From contig JAZQJV010000018.1 of assembly GCA_045541795.1 (NCBI GenBank), forward strand, positions 197,134 to 261,133: a stretch of DNA of 64,000 bases. Direction: 5' to 3'. Both the position numbers and the translations under genes were made by a program. The DNA is from Patescibacteria group bacterium. Its GTDB lineage: Bacteria; Patescibacteriota; Microgenomatia; UBA1400; PJMF01. Below the pieces are notes generated by a model, which was not told where the DNA came from, did no database searches, and was given only the letters and a program-made list of their open reading frames with translations. Of the stretch, positions 37,196 through 47,851 are shown one piece after another (within the stretch, counting starts at the first letter, position 1; the number at the start of each line of letters is the position of its first letter).

Positions 37196-39057
37196 GCTCA
37201 TCACCACGTCCCGCCTCCAAAATTTCCTGGAAACTGTTGCGTCGGCTCTTGCGCCAGATCTGGCCATTCCGTCGTCGCTTTTTACTGGTCTTGGCGTTGA
37301 TTATCATCGCTAATGCCGACACGGTCCTTAGTTCCGTCTATACGGGTATCCTGATTGACAAATACATCACACCCATGCTAGCCACAGGGAGTCAAGATTT
37401 TGGCCCGCTGGCATTGTCAGTCACGTCAATGGCAGTGATTTATCTGGTGGGTATCGTCGTCAGTTTTTTGTCTGAATACTTGATGATCCCGGTCACGCAG
37501 GGCGTGCTCAAAAACGTGCGTGACAAAATGTTTGCCAAAATGCAGACGCTACCGCTGGAATATTTCGACAATAATAAGTTTGGTGACATCATGAGCCGTT
37601 TTACCAATGATACTGATACCCTCGAGCAAATGATCGGCCGCTCCGTGCCCAATGCGATCATGTCGCTGACGATGATCGCGCTTGTTTTCGTCACCATGCT
37701 TTGCCAAAGCCTGATCCTCACTCTAGTGGCGGTGAGCGTGATCGTCGTGATGATGATTTTTTCTGGGCGGATCATGCGGCTTTCGGCTCGCTATTTTGTC
37801 GCCCATCAAAAGTCTTTGGGCGATACCAACGCCCACATCGAAGAAGCGATTAACGGCCAAAAAGTGATCAAAGTATTTGGCCACGAAAAAGCTACCGTGC
37901 GCGAATTTGCCGCCCTTAATGACAAACTCGCCGAAAATAACCGTCGGGCCAACACTTTTGCCAATGTACTAATGCCTTTGATGATGAATTTTGGCAACCT
38001 CCAGTACGTGGCCATTGCCATCGTTGGCGGCATCTTGGCGGTAAACGGTCAGGCTGGTGTCACTCTCGGGCTGATCGCCACCTTCACTCAGCTTTCGCGC
38101 AATCTTTCACGTCCTATTAGTATGGTTTCCCAGCAAATTAATTCTATCGTCATGGCCCTAGCGGGAGCGGAGCGCATTTTCCAGCTGATTGATGAACAAC
38201 CAGAAATTGATGACGGCAAAATCGTGCTGGTGGACGCCAAACTCGACCACGGCCATCTAGTAGAAAGTCCGTCGCGCACAGGAATCTGGGCCTGGAAAAA
38301 GCCCGACGGCGCTCTGGTGAGGCTTCGCGGCGACGTGCGCTTCCAGCACGTCCGCTTTGGCTATACGCCGGGCAAGCTAGCGCTGGATGACGTCACCTTT
38401 TTCGCCGAGCCCGGACAAAAAATCGCTTTTGTCGGCCATACTGGCGCCGGCAAGACTACCATCACCAATCTGCTCAACCGTTTTTACGACATCAACGAAG
38501 GGGAAATCCTATATGACGGTATCAATATCCGTGACATCAAAAAAGCAGATCTGCGCCGTTCTCTCGGTATGGTGCTGCAAGACACCAATCTTTTCACCGG
38601 CTCGGTGCGAGAAAATATCGCTTACGGCGCCCCACGCTCAGATATGGCTCTGGTAGAAAAAGCTGCCCAGACCGCCTGCGCCAGTAATTTTATCGCTCAT
38701 TTGCCCGAAGGCTTTGATACTAAGCTATCTGGAGACGGCTCTGATCTCTCACAAGGCCAGCGCCAGCTACTCTCTATCAGTCGCGCGGCACTAATTGATC
38801 CGCCGGTGATGATCCTAGACGAAGCCACCTCAAGTATAGATACCCGCACTGAGCGCCACATCCAGCAAGGCATGGACAATCTCATGGCTGGCCGCACCAC
38901 CTTAGTGATCGCTCATCGGCTCTCTACAGTGAGGGATGCTCGCGCGATCATCGTCATGGATCACGGCCACATTATCGAAAGCGGCTCACACGCCAAACTC
39001 ATGGCTGCCAAAGGCACTTATTATCAGTTGTATACTGGAGCATTTGAACTAGAGTAG
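37192..39057 (+). CDS. ABC exporter, fused permease/ATPase (heterodimer subunit B)
   Basis: GHTGAGKT; LSQGQRQ; ILDEATS; IAHRLST. Confidence 0.93.
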   Translation: MSSSPRPASKISWKLLRRLLRQIWPFRRRFLLVLALIIIANADTVLSSVYTGILIDKYITPMLATGSQDFGPLALSVTSMAVIYLVGIVVSFLSEYLMIPVTQGVLKNVRDKMFAKMQTLPLEYFDNNKFGDIMSRFTNDTDTLEQMIGRSVPNAIMSLTMIALVFVTMLCQSLILTLVAVSVIVVMMIFSGRIMRLSARYFVAHQKSLGDTNAHIEEAINGQKVIKVFGHEKATVREFAALNDKLAENNRRANTFANVLMPLMMNFGNLQYVAIAIVGGILAVNGQAGVTLGLIATFTQLSRNLSRPISMVSQQINSIVMALAGAERIFQLIDEQPEIDDGKIVLVDAKLDHGHLVESPSRTGIWAWKKPDGALVRLRGDVRFQHVRFGYTPGKLALDDVTFFAEPGQKIAFVGHTGAGKTTITNLLNRFYDINEGEILYDGINIRDIKKADLRRSLGMVLQDTNLFTGSVRENIAYGAPRSDMALVEKAAQTACASNFIAHLPEGFDTKLSGDGSDLSQGQRQLLSISRAALIDPPVMILDEATSSIDTRTERHIQQGMDNLMAGRTTLVIAHRLSTVRDARAIIVMDHGHIIESGSHAKLMAAKGTYYQLYTGAFELE

Positions 39058-39070
39058 GGGAGAGGAAAAA

Positions 39071-39793
39071 ATGAGCGATAAACCGGCACTTTTTGCACAA
39101 AAACAGTTTTTGTTTCCGTATCAGTATAAATTTCCCGGCCAGGACAGTCGTGAAGTCATCCTGTATGCCACCCGTGAGTCCCAAAAACTCCTGTTTATCC
39201 GTTATGCTTGGCTCCTGTTGGCGGGGATTTTTGTCATCTGCATGATCTGGTGGTTGTGCCTTGTGATGATACCCGATCTCTTGCCCGCGCTGCCGGGCCA
39301 GATGTTGGCCGTCATTTTTTCCGTAGTAATTCTCGCCTGCCTGAGCCTCATCTGGTATTACTTGACTCACACCTGGACAAAAACCGTCGGCATCCTTACC
39401 AATTATCGTCTCGTCAAAATCGTCCAGTACGGCCTTTTTAATCACGCCACCCAGACACTCCCACTAGACGAAGTCGTAGACACCAGTGTGGGCAACAAAA
39501 AGTTCTGGGAACGTCTCCTGGGTGTGTCCACCTTTACCGCCCGCTCGTCGGCGGCCAGTTCTGGCCTAGCGACAGATGACGCTAGTGAGGGTAAATTTCG
39601 CATCAACAAAAAATACTTTTACTGGGAAAATATCGAGTACGGGGAAGACTTCGAAAATTACCTCCACAAGATCCTCAAACTCAAGCGGGAAAACCCCACC
39701 ATTGATCTGACTGCGTTCCGCCCCTTTATCGGCCAGCTCAAAGGTGAACAGCGTGAGTGGTTTATGCGCCAATTCCCAGATTACTGGAGTTAG
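39071..39793 (+). CDS. Membrane protein with bacterial PH-like domain
   Basis: Two TM helices followed by ILTNYRLV..Q.GLF...LPLDEV.D. Confidence 0.55.
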   Translation: MSDKPALFAQKQFLFPYQYKFPGQDSREVILYATRESQKLLFIRYAWLLLAGIFVICMIWWLCLVMIPDLLPALPGQMLAVIFSVVILACLSLIWYYLTHTWTKTVGILTNYRLVKIVQYGLFNHATQTLPLDEVVDTSVGNKKFWERLLGVSTFTARSSAASSGLATDDASEGKFRINKKYFYWENIEYGEDFENYLHKILKLKRENPTIDLTAFRPFIGQLKGEQREWFMRQFPDYWS

Positions 39794-39829
39794 AGCTGAG
39801 CCGAGTAATCACAAACCAGATGCAGCCAA

Positions 39830-39868
39830 AAATTGCCTCTTGACAAAACCGCCAAAATATGATATAAT
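39830..39868 (+). promoter_or_regulatory. Extended promoter motif copy
   Basis: AAATTGCCTC-TTGACA(39840)-N17-TATAAT(39863). Confidence 0.8.
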
Positions 39869-39985
39869 AGGATTTCGTTTGATCGGCTATACTCAGGCAG
39901 TGGACGTCGGTCATGCTCTTTGAGAGGTGATTGACAAATGTGAAATAGCTGACAGACAAAATCTATCATAAAGAGGTGGAGCGTA

Positions 39986-40501
39986 ATGTTAGCGTACTCA
40001 AAACCCAGCAATGGGAAAGTACAGTGGTATCAGGACGAGACCGGTAGGATCATGAATCCGGTGGATCCTGACGACATGACGAAGGGCTTGAGATTTTACG
40101 AGGTTTTGCCCCACCCAACACAAGGTAACCCCGTAATCTATCAGGCGACAGGAGGAGAAGTTTTCCTCACGGTTATCGTCGGCCCCATGCTCATCGTCTG
40201 TGAACCGGAAACGGTTTACGGCGAAAACATGGACGTTGTCGGGCAGTTTCGTGTGGTACGGCGGAGTTTGGATAATCCAGACACCATCGTGCCGGCTGAC
40301 AAAACCTTCCTGGGAGAGGTTTATGCCAATTCCCAGAGAATTGTTGGAGCGCCGGAAAGGCTCTATCTGGTACGGCTGGCAAGCCCACCGGACGGTAAGT
40401 TTGTCTTCCGGACTGTCCGCGAAGTAATCCAGAGTCGGGACGGCTTCGGTATTGTCGCCGTGGCCAAAGCGCTGGAGCTTGGTTTACTTGAACTTAAGTG
40501 A
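39986..40501 (+). CDS. Hypothetical protein
   Basis: 171-aa ORF with its own promoter, GAGGTGG RBS and terminator. Confidence 0.65.
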   Translation: MLAYSKPSNGKVQWYQDETGRIMNPVDPDDMTKGLRFYEVLPHPTQGNPVIYQATGGEVFLTVIVGPMLIVCEPETVYGENMDVVGQFRVVRRSLDNPDTIVPADKTFLGEVYANSQRIVGAPERLYLVRLASPPDGKFVFRTVREVIQSRDGFGIVAVAKALELGLLELK

Positions 40502-40575
40502 TTTTTGAATTTTGCTATTAACGTGTTCGCGGCCCAAAAGTGGCCGCTAACCATTGTAAACGCCTCCTGAAATGT

Positions 40576-40599
40576 GCCCCCGCGAAGCGGGGGCTTTTT
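40576..40599 (+). terminator. Intrinsic terminator
   Basis: GCCCCCGC-GAA-GCGGGGGC-TTTTT. Confidence 0.75.
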
Positions 40600-40786
40600 A
40601 ATTTAAATTACCGCTCTCGCTCGCGCTTTGCTGCCAGCTGCCCAGCTGATCTATTAGCGCCTGGGTATTGCTACCCGCCGGGTGATACAGTGGCGAAAAA
40701 TCAGACATCAAAAACAAGAATCCTGCCATAATTACTACCGTCGTGATGGTTGCGCCTATAAGCCAGTTTCTTTCTTGCTTGGTCAT
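40598..40786 (-). CDS. Small membrane protein downstream of secF
   Basis: ATGA overlap with the secF stop; one TM helix. Confidence 0.5.
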   Translation of the reverse strand: MTKQERNWLIGATITTVVIMAGFLFLMSDFSPLYHPAGSNTQALIDQLGSWQQSASESGNLN

Positions 40787-41676
40787 TGTTTTTTCTCCTT
40801 ACTCTGGAACCAGTTTTTACCACGAAACAATATCAAAAGCGGGATCGAAGTAAAAGGTGATGAATAAGTACCAAAGATCACGCCCAAAAGCAGTGCCAAA
40901 CTAAATGAGCGTAATGTCACGCCTCCCAGCAGCAAAAGTGACAAAAGCATAAAGACTACTGTCAGCGAATTATTAAATGACCGGGAAATTGTTGCCGTCA
41001 CTGCCGCCTCACAGACACTTACAAAATCCGCATGGGGAAATTTTCGCTGCAGCTCACGAATCCGATCATAAATCACTACAGTGTCATGCACAGAAAAGGA
41101 AATCGTCGTCAGCATCGCGGTCACAAAAAGAGTGTCTACTTCCACACCCCGCGCCCAGCCCAAGATACTGTAAATCCCACAAATAATCGTCACGTCATGG
41201 ACGACGCCGAGTAAAGCGCCCATCCCATAAGCGAGATTATGAAAACGGTAATACAAATAAGCTACCAGCACTAGTGATGCCAGCAAAATCGCGACAAAAG
41301 TCTTGCGCAAAAGTTCCGCTCCCATCGTCGCGCCCACAGCCTCAAAACTGACTTGCTCGACTAATACCTGCTCATTTAATGCTGACAACAAGTCATTTTT
41401 CTGCTCATTAGTCATTTCGGCCGTGCGGATAATGCTCTGGCCAGCGTCGTTTTGCTTGATACTAGAAATCTTATAATCATCAGGAATCATTTCGCGCAGG
41501 CTAGCCTCACTCAGCAATGCCGCTTGGCTGGCTTCTACCGCTTCAATAGTCAGGATCGAGCCGCCCGTGAAATCTATTCCTGGCCGCAAACCTTTAAAAA
41601 TAAGCGAAATTAACCCCGGCACTAAGAAAAAAGCCGAAATCACAAAGTAAATCCAGTAGTGCTTATAAAATTTCAC
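40783..41676 (-). CDS. secF: Protein translocase subunit SecF
   Basis: GIDFTGGS, HDV, SVHDTVVIYDRIRE, GTYSS. Confidence 0.95.
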   Translation of the reverse strand: MKFYKHYWIYFVISAFFLVPGLISLIFKGLRPGIDFTGGSILTIEAVEASQAALLSEASLREMIPDDYKISSIKQNDAGQSIIRTAEMTNEQKNDLLSALNEQVLVEQVSFEAVGATMGAELLRKTFVAILLASLVLVAYLYYRFHNLAYGMGALLGVVHDVTIICGIYSILGWARGVEVDTLFVTAMLTTISFSVHDTVVIYDRIRELQRKFPHADFVSVCEAAVTATISRSFNNSLTVVFMLLSLLLLGGVTLRSFSLALLLGVIFGTYSSPFTSIPLLILFRGKNWFQSKEKKQ

Positions 41677-43046
41677 GCTGCACCTCCGTTATCAGCTTGC
41701 AAACTATCTCCCCCGCGCAGGAAAACTCTAGTCAAGGTCCGCGTCACAAATATCCCCGTAAAAAGTCCAGTGACAACTCCTACAAAAAGCGTCATCCCAA
41801 ACCCGCGGATCGTACCAGAGCTTGCCAGAAATCCAAAATCAAGCGGATTAATGAGAATCAGGGCGATCATCAAGGTGATGAAATTGGCATCTTTAATGCT
41901 GTCCATCGCCCGACCAAAACTAAGCTCCCGGGCTTCATCGGTGTCATGATCAAGCAGTTCTTCTTCCTTCATCCGCGAGAAAACCAAGATATTTGAATCC
42001 ACCGCCATCCCCATCGTGATCATCACGGCGGCGATCGCGGGTAGTGTCATCGTCACGCCCAGTACCTTGTAAAGCGCGATCAAGATCAAGCAGTAAATCG
42101 CCAGGCAAGCATCAGCAATCAGACCCTTGCGGCCATAATTAAGTACCATAAACACCGCAATCAAGGTCAGCCCTACCATCCCGGCAAAGATACTGGCGCG
42201 CACACTGTCTTCACCCAAAGATGCGCCTACTTGAGACTGCGATAAAATCGTCAGTGGTACCGGCAGCGCGCCTGAATTGAGTTGCACGGCCAAAGCCTTA
42301 GCTTGCTCGCTAGTAAAACCGCCCGTAATTACCGCCTGACCGTCCAAAATCGGCGTATTAATCGTCGGCATCATAATCGGATAGCCGTCAATAAAAATAC
42401 CTAAATACCCGCCGACATTATTACTTGTGATCTCGCCAAAAAGCTGGCGGCCTTCTTCATTAAATGACAGCGCTACCACCTGCTGATGAGTTTGACTATC
42501 GAGTGTGGCTACCGCTCGCTCCAACATCCGGCCGTCAAGCCCCGTGGGAATAAATAAGTCATCAATACTCGCCGCCATCGTGGCGTCAAGGTTTTGCAAA
42601 CGGAAATCCAGTTGGGCAGTAGTCCCAATCAGCGCCAAAGCATCATCAACATTATTGACGCCTGGTAATTCCACAATCAAGCGGTACTGGTCACCATTGA
42701 TAGACGTCTGGATGATCGGCTCGGTCAAGCCGTAGGCGTCTACCCGAGTACGTACGATTTCCATCGCCGACTCAAGTGCCGTGAGCCGGTCATCACTAGG
42801 GATTTGGCTCATATCCGCTTGTAAAATCAGCTGCGTCCCACCGGCAATATCCAATCCGAGAGATAGAGGAAAGTCAAGGTTTGGCCTCAGGCCAAAAAAA
42901 GACGGCAGCGCCCGAGATTTGACAAAATTCACTTCACGGCCAAAAGCTCTAAAGCTAAACTGTCCCGGCAGGGCGATGAAAAAAGACACCAAAATCACCG
43001 CCATCACTATGAAATAATCTCGTACCAATTTGCTCTTCTTCCACAT
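41673..43046 (-). CDS. secD: Protein translocase subunit SecD
   Basis: LGLDIAGG, RVDAYGLTEP, LNSGALPVPL, VGASLG, GMAVDSNI. Confidence 0.95.
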   Translation of the reverse strand: MWKKSKLVRDYFIVMAVILVSFFIALPGQFSFRAFGREVNFVKSRALPSFFGLRPNLDFPLSLGLDIAGGTQLILQADMSQIPSDDRLTALESAMEIVRTRVDAYGLTEPIIQTSINGDQYRLIVELPGVNNVDDALALIGTTAQLDFRLQNLDATMAASIDDLFIPTGLDGRMLERAVATLDSQTHQQVVALSFNEEGRQLFGEITSNNVGGYLGIFIDGYPIMMPTINTPILDGQAVITGGFTSEQAKALAVQLNSGALPVPLTILSQSQVGASLGEDSVRASIFAGMVGLTLIAVFMVLNYGRKGLIADACLAIYCLILIALYKVLGVTMTLPAIAAVMITMGMAVDSNILVFSRMKEEELLDHDTDEARELSFGRAMDSIKDANFITLMIALILINPLDFGFLASSGTIRGFGMTLFVGVVTGLFTGIFVTRTLTRVFLRGGDSLQADNGGAA

Positions 43047-43147
43047 AACAATACGAGCGAGTATACCACAAAATTGACGAGTAAAAACAAGCAAAATTGA
43101 CGCAGTTTTTGCGGAAATAATCAGACCGTCAAAATCCTCAGTCATAA

Positions 43148-43249
43148 TTAGCAGAAAAAGCACAATTTTGCTAAAACTGCCCCCGATTTTTTCATCACGC
43201 CTGGAAATTGCCTCTTGACAAATTAGCAGTCATCTGCTAGAATTGCTAA
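43148..43249 (+). promoter_or_regulatory. dnaK promoter with two CIRCE-like inverted repeats
   Basis: TTAGCAGAA-N9-TTTTGCTAA (43148-43174) and TTAGCAGTC-N9-AATTGCTAA (43223-43249); the second overlaps TTGACA(43215)-N17-TAGAAT(43238). Confidence 0.75.
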
Positions 43250-43328
43250 TATTGACAAACAGACATTCACCAATTGACCAGCGCGGTCAAAGGTGATACA
43301 ATCTGACAATTAGAAAGGAAAAATTATT

Positions 43329-45242
43329 ATGTCAAAAATTATAGGTATAGATCTCGGCACAACTAATTCCGCCGTGGCAGTCATGGAAGGCGGACGAGCA
43401 AAAATCATCCCCACGGCTGAAGGCCGCAACACTTTCCCCTCCATCGTGAGCTTCAAGAAAGGTGAAACTACTGTCGGCGATGCCGCCAAACGGCAAATGG
43501 TTTTAAATCCCAAAAACACCGTCAATTCGGTAAAGCGTTTTATGGGCCAAAAATATAATGCTACTCCAGTGCAAAACGCCATCAAACATGTCGCTTATGA
43601 CGTGGCTACTGGTAAAGACGGCATGGCTGTGATCCAAGCAGACGGCTCACAGCTGACGCCACAAGAAATTTCTGCCAAGATCCTGCAAAAAGCCAAAGCA
43701 GATGCCGAAGCTTATCTGGGCGGTAACGTCGACCGCGCCGTCATCACCGTGCCGGCGTATTTTGACGACTCCCAACGGCAAGCCACCAAGCAAGCCGGTG
43801 AAATCGCCGGCCTTAAGGTAGAGCGGATCGTCAACGAGCCGACTGCCGCTGCTCTGGCTTACGGTCTCGATAAAAAGGGCAATAGCAAGATCGCTGTTTA
43901 TGACCTTGGCGGTGGTACCTTTGACATCTCTATCCTGGAAATCGGTGATGGCGTCTTTGAGGTAAAATCCACCAATGGTGACACCTTCTTGGGCGGTGAT
44001 GACTTTGACAACAAGATCATCGAATGGATCGTGGACGAATTCAAAAAAGAAAACGGCAAAGATCTCGCCAAAGATCCGCAAGCCTTACAACGGGTAAAAG
44101 ACGCGGCCGAAAAAGCCAAAATCGAGCTGTCAGCGACCATGAGTAGTGAAATCAATCTGCCCTTTATCACTCAGTCAGATGAAGGTACGCCGTTGCACCT
44201 CACGATGACCCTCACTCGGGCCAAACTCGAGGAGCTTACTGACGAACTCATTCAGCGCACCTTCAAGCCCGTGCAAGCGGCCCTCAAAGATGCCAAACTC
44301 TCTCCAGGCGACATCAACAATATCGTCCTGGTGGGTGGCATGACCCGTATGCCCAAGGTAGTGAGCGAAGTGGAGAAGTTCTTTGGCAAAAAACCAGAGC
44401 AAGGCGTCAATCCAGACGAAGTAGTCGCCATCGGCGCGGCCGTACAGGCAGGTGTCATCGGCGGTGACGTCCAAGACGTCGTGTTGCTTGATGTCACGCC
44501 GCTCACACTCGGTGTGGAAACTCTGGGCGGTATCCGCACTCCGATTATCAACCGCAATACCACCATCCCCACCAGCGGTAATCAGGTCTTTTCTACGGCC
44601 GCTGATAATCAAACCAGTGTGGAAATCAACGTCCTCCAGGGCGAGCGCGAAATGGCGGCAGACAACAAATCTCTGGGTCGGTTCGTCCTCTCTGGCATTC
44701 CCCCAGCGCCGCGCGGCATCCCGCAAGTGGAAGTTACCTTTGACATCGACTCCAACGGTATCCTCAAGGTCTCAGCCAAGGATCGCACCAGCGGTAAGGA
44801 AGCCAACATCACCATCTCCAACTCCACCAATCTCTCAGATGAGGAAGTGGAAAAGATGAAAAAAGAGGCCGAAATGCACGCTGAGGAAGACAAGGCCAAA
44901 AAAGAGCTGATTGAAGCCAAAAATCAAGCTTCCAGTGTCGCCTTTGAGATGGAAAAACAGCTCAAAGAATACGGCGATAAGCTCGAGGAGGCCGACCGCA
45001 AAAACATCGCTGATAACATCGAAGCGCTCAAAAAACTCGCCGAGTCTGATTCTACCACCAAGGAAGAATTAGAAAAAGCGATCGAAGACACGATGAAGAG
45101 TGCTCAAAAGATCGGCGAAGCGATGCAAAAGGCAAATGCGGCCACCGCCGGTAGCAATAATGCTGCTGCCAACGAGCCTAAAGCTGACGCTAGCACTGTC
45201 AGCAAAGACGGCGATGTCGTGGAAGGTGAGGTCGTCAGCTAA
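43329..45242 (+). CDS. dnaK: Chaperone DnaK (Hsp70)
   Basis: [42 protein letters not shown]. Confidence 0.98.
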   Translation: MSKIIGIDLGTTNSAVAVMEGGRAKIIPTAEGRNTFPSIVSFKKGETTVGDAAKRQMVLNPKNTVNSVKRFMGQKYNATPVQNAIKHVAYDVATGKDGMAVIQADGSQLTPQEISAKILQKAKADAEAYLGGNVDRAVITVPAYFDDSQRQATKQAGEIAGLKVERIVNEPTAAALAYGLDKKGNSKIAVYDLGGGTFDISILEIGDGVFEVKSTNGDTFLGGDDFDNKIIEWIVDEFKKENGKDLAKDPQALQRVKDAAEKAKIELSATMSSEINLPFITQSDEGTPLHLTMTLTRAKLEELTDELIQRTFKPVQAALKDAKLSPGDINNIVLVGGMTRMPKVVSEVEKFFGKKPEQGVNPDEVVAIGAAVQAGVIGGDVQDVVLLDVTPLTLGVETLGGIRTPIINRNTTIPTSGNQVFSTAADNQTSVEINVLQGEREMAADNKSLGRFVLSGIPPAPRGIPQVEVTFDIDSNGILKVSAKDRTSGKEANITISNSTNLSDEEVEKMKKEAEMHAEEDKAKKELIEAKNQASSVAFEMEKQLKEYGDKLEEADRKNIADNIEALKKLAESDSTTKEELEKAIEDTMKSAQKIGEAMQKANAATAGSNNAAANEPKADASTVSKDGDVVEGEVVS

Positions 45243-45264
45243 ACTACTGACAAAATCCAAAATG

Positions 45265-45290
45265 AAACAGCCCCCGAAAGGGGCTGTTTT
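45265..45290. terminator. Intrinsic terminator after dnaK
   Basis: AAACAGCCCC-CGAAA-GGGGCTGTTTT. Confidence 0.8.
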
Positions 45291-45426
45291 AGTCTATTGT
45301 CAAGAAAGCGCGTCTCGTCATCTTAAAGCCTAGCAGCGTGTAGGCCGCCAGGCCAAATTCGATCAGCATCGTCGCCAACATTACTGGCGGCGAAAAACAG
45401 TACAAATGCTTTTTGTGAGTACTCAT
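45289..45426 (-). pseudogene. Short ORF, possible truncated membrane-protein remnant
   Basis: MSTHKKHLYCFSPPVMLATMLIEFGLAAYTLLGFKMT... preceded by TGGTATAAT; resembles, from recollection only, the N-terminus of a CPR membrane protein family. Confidence 0.35.
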
Positions 45427-45457
45427 GATTTTTTGTATGCCCATATTATACCACTAA

Positions 45458-46414
45458 TTAGGCATTGTCTAAGATCTGTTTGATGATTGCTGCCACCGTC
45501 GGCACGCTCACGCTATTGCCCAGCATGGCATAAAGCTGTGCCTCCCGCAAACTTCCCGGCAGCACAAATGACTCCGGCAGGCCCTGCAACCGGGCGCACT
45601 CCCGAGGTGTGAGCTGGCGTACGCCCTTTTTGTCCACGATAAAGGGCACATTATAGCCGCCCTGGCCCATTGACGCTAGCAGCGTAGGACACACCGGTTC
45701 TGGCGCCGCCCGCAAATAGTAACGCCGCCAAGTATAAATGACCCCGCGCTCCAGTTTTTCGGCCTTGATTTTAGCCGCCACTTTGCCGCCCCGCAAATAA
45801 AAATGCGGCTCTACCCGGTCACTGAGAATACTGGCAAAACTAATCAAATTATTCGTCGCCAGCGGGAAACTAAATTCCCGCGCGCGGGCAGCATCGGCAT
45901 AAGCCACCAGGTATAGCCGTTCTCGGTTTTGCGGCAAACCACAAATATCCCTGGCATTGAGGACCGCATACACGGGGTAATAGCCCGCCGCGGCTAGATG
46001 TTCGAGCATCACCCCAAAAGTCCGCCCACCATCATGCCGCAGCAAATGAGCGACGTTTTCCAAAAGCACCACCGGCGGCCGCACTCTCTCTACCACTTCC
46101 ATCAGCCGAAAAAATAATTGCCCCGCTCCGTCCGGATCGCTAAAGCCTTTTTTGCGCCCAGCCCGGGAAAAAGGCTGACACGGGAAGCCTGCCGTCAGCA
46201 GCTGGAAGTCAAGCTCCTCCAATCGGCGCACCAATTGTTCATCAGTGATGTCTGCCTGTACGCATTCAGTCGGGAAATTTGCCTGGTAAGTCGTCAGGCA
46301 AGCCACATCCCGGTCGCTAGCAAAAATCGGCTCCACGCCCACCATCTGCCCGGCCAGACTAAATCCGCCAATGCCACAAAACAAATCCACCATTTTCCAG
46401 TTTGTCATTATCAT
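45458..46414 (-). CDS. DNA (cytosine-5) methyltransferase, orphan
   Basis: DLFCGIGG, GFPCQPFS, LENV, PQNRER, LTPRECARLQG, GNSV. Confidence 0.94.
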   Translation of the reverse strand: MIMTNWKMVDLFCGIGGFSLAGQMVGVEPIFASDRDVACLTTYQANFPTECVQADITDEQLVRRLEELDFQLLTAGFPCQPFSRAGRKKGFSDPDGAGQLFFRLMEVVERVRPPVVLLENVAHLLRHDGGRTFGVMLEHLAAAGYYPVYAVLNARDICGLPQNRERLYLVAYADAARAREFSFPLATNNLISFASILSDRVEPHFYLRGGKVAAKIKAEKLERGVIYTWRRYYLRAAPEPVCPTLLASMGQGGYNVPFIVDKKGVRQLTPRECARLQGLPESFVLPGSLREAQLYAMLGNSVSVPTVAAIIKQILDNA

Positions 46415-46431
46415 ATTTTACCATATCCCGC

Positions 46432-46470
46432 AAGTTGCCTCTTGACAAAATGACCTATATGTGATATAAT
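46432..46470 (+). promoter_or_regulatory. Extended promoter motif copy
   Basis: AAGTTGCCTC-TTGACA(46442)-N17-TATAAT(46465). Confidence 0.8.
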
Positions 46471-46565
46471 AAGTTATATTTGGCTCGCGCGCTGATCAAA
46501 ACTGGTCCGCAAAAGTCGGGTCAGCTCTTTGACAGCAAACGAGTAATTTTAAGGAGGTTTTTACT

Positions 46566-47366
46566 TTGGAATTCTGTTTAGTGTTAATGGGCGGTTTGTT
46601 GGCTTTGGTGGGCTTTGGAGCGGTCATCTTTGCGATGTACGCGTTTCTTCAGCCTGGTGGCGGCCCTACGGGGACGATTCTTAATCTAGTAGGTCTGGCA
46701 TTGTTGGTGGCTGCTTTCATGTGTCTGGCCGTACCGGCTGACGCGGCGGTGTCGGAAATGGATTCGGTCTGGAAGACAATTTCAGGAGATTTCGAAGAAA
46801 TCTCCCCAGATGTGAAGCCATTAGTCAGCCTAGACGTGGAGCAACAGTTCCGTAACCTGGCGGAAGCATTGATCCAGGAAAAAGAAATCAAGATTGATTA
46901 CAATTTTGGCAGACAACTGGTGCATCAGACGCTGCCAGAACCGGTCATTATGCCAGCCAAGAAAAGCGTGAACACGCACGCCGACCCCAATAATCCCAGG
47001 CACGTGGAATTTTTAGCGATTGTCATCTATCAAGAGGTCGGCAGTAACTGCTGGGATGACGAATCCCACTTCATGGTGGCCGACATCGTGCTCAATCGTG
47101 TTGAGGACGAAAGATTTCCCGACACAATTCACGAGGTCCTGACGGCCAGAAACCAATTTGGCCGCTTCCACTGGACAGGAGTCGTCTGGCCGCCCAAACA
47201 CAAGCATCCGGTGGAGCAGCAGGAAGTCGCCCGCTGCAAAGATATTGCCAGACGTGCGCTCTCAGGAGAGCACTCGCATATCTACGGTAAAGGGTACGTC
47301 TGGATGGCGAAATTTCGCCAGGGGCGCGATCACATCCGGAAAGCCAACATGTGGTTCGCCCGCTGA
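46566..47366 (+). CDS. SleB/Hydrolase_2 family cell wall hydrolase with N-terminal TM helices
   Basis: LAIVIYQE, VADIVLNRV...FPDTIHEVL....QF; AAGGAGG RBS. Confidence 0.8.
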   Translation: MEFCLVLMGGLLALVGFGAVIFAMYAFLQPGGGPTGTILNLVGLALLVAAFMCLAVPADAAVSEMDSVWKTISGDFEEISPDVKPLVSLDVEQQFRNLAEALIQEKEIKIDYNFGRQLVHQTLPEPVIMPAKKSVNTHADPNNPRHVEFLAIVIYQEVGSNCWDDESHFMVADIVLNRVEDERFPDTIHEVLTARNQFGRFHWTGVVWPPKHKHPVEQQEVARCKDIARRALSGEHSHIYGKGYVWMAKFRQGRDHIRKANMWFAR

Positions 47367-47398
47367 CGACCCTGTAAAAAATACTCGTTTCGTCATTT

Positions 47399-47422
47399 GC
47401 CCCGCACTGCGGGGCTTTTTTT
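47399..47422 (+). terminator. Intrinsic terminator
   Basis: GCCCCGC-ACT-GCGGGGC-TTTTTTT. Confidence 0.8.
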
Positions 47423-47470
47423 AAAATTGCCTCTTGACAAAATGACCAAAGTATGCTATAATAATATATT

Positions 47471-47830
47471 ATGAATACTTTTGATTTAGAGCTGCGCGTG
47501 GGAGGACATGAATACCTCGCTCGTTTTGAGGATAATCCCGCCAGCCGCAAGCTCAAAAGCGGCGTGCCTTGGAAGCTCGAAATGGCTGACCTCGACCGAC
47601 TCGAAAAATACTGCTATCTGGAAGACGTGACGTTTCCCACTGATGCTCGCCGCCCAGACATAATTAAGGCCGGCCAGCTCTACCTTTTTGAGGAAAACTG
47701 CTTGGTGCTTTTCCTGGAAGACTGCCGCAGCACCTATCGCTACACTTATCTCGGGGAAATTATTGATCCGGTCAAACTCAAAGATTATGCCGGCACCAGT
47801 CAGTGTATCGTCGAAATCCGCAAGCGCTAA
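47471..47830 (+). CDS. Cyclophilin-like fold protein
   Basis: DNPAS..L...P..LEM.DL...EKY..L, G.LYLF..NCLVLF, YTYLG; preceded by an extended promoter copy (47424-47462). Confidence 0.8.
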   Translation: MNTFDLELRVGGHEYLARFEDNPASRKLKSGVPWKLEMADLDRLEKYCYLEDVTFPTDARRPDIIKAGQLYLFEENCLVLFLEDCRSTYRYTYLGEIIDPVKLKDYAGTSQCIVEIRKR

Positions 47831-47851
47831 ATCAGTGCGCCCGGTCACAGA

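Noticed and set aside
45458-46414. Restriction-modification system
   Set aside because: No adjacent endonuclease gene; treated as an orphan methyltransferase.
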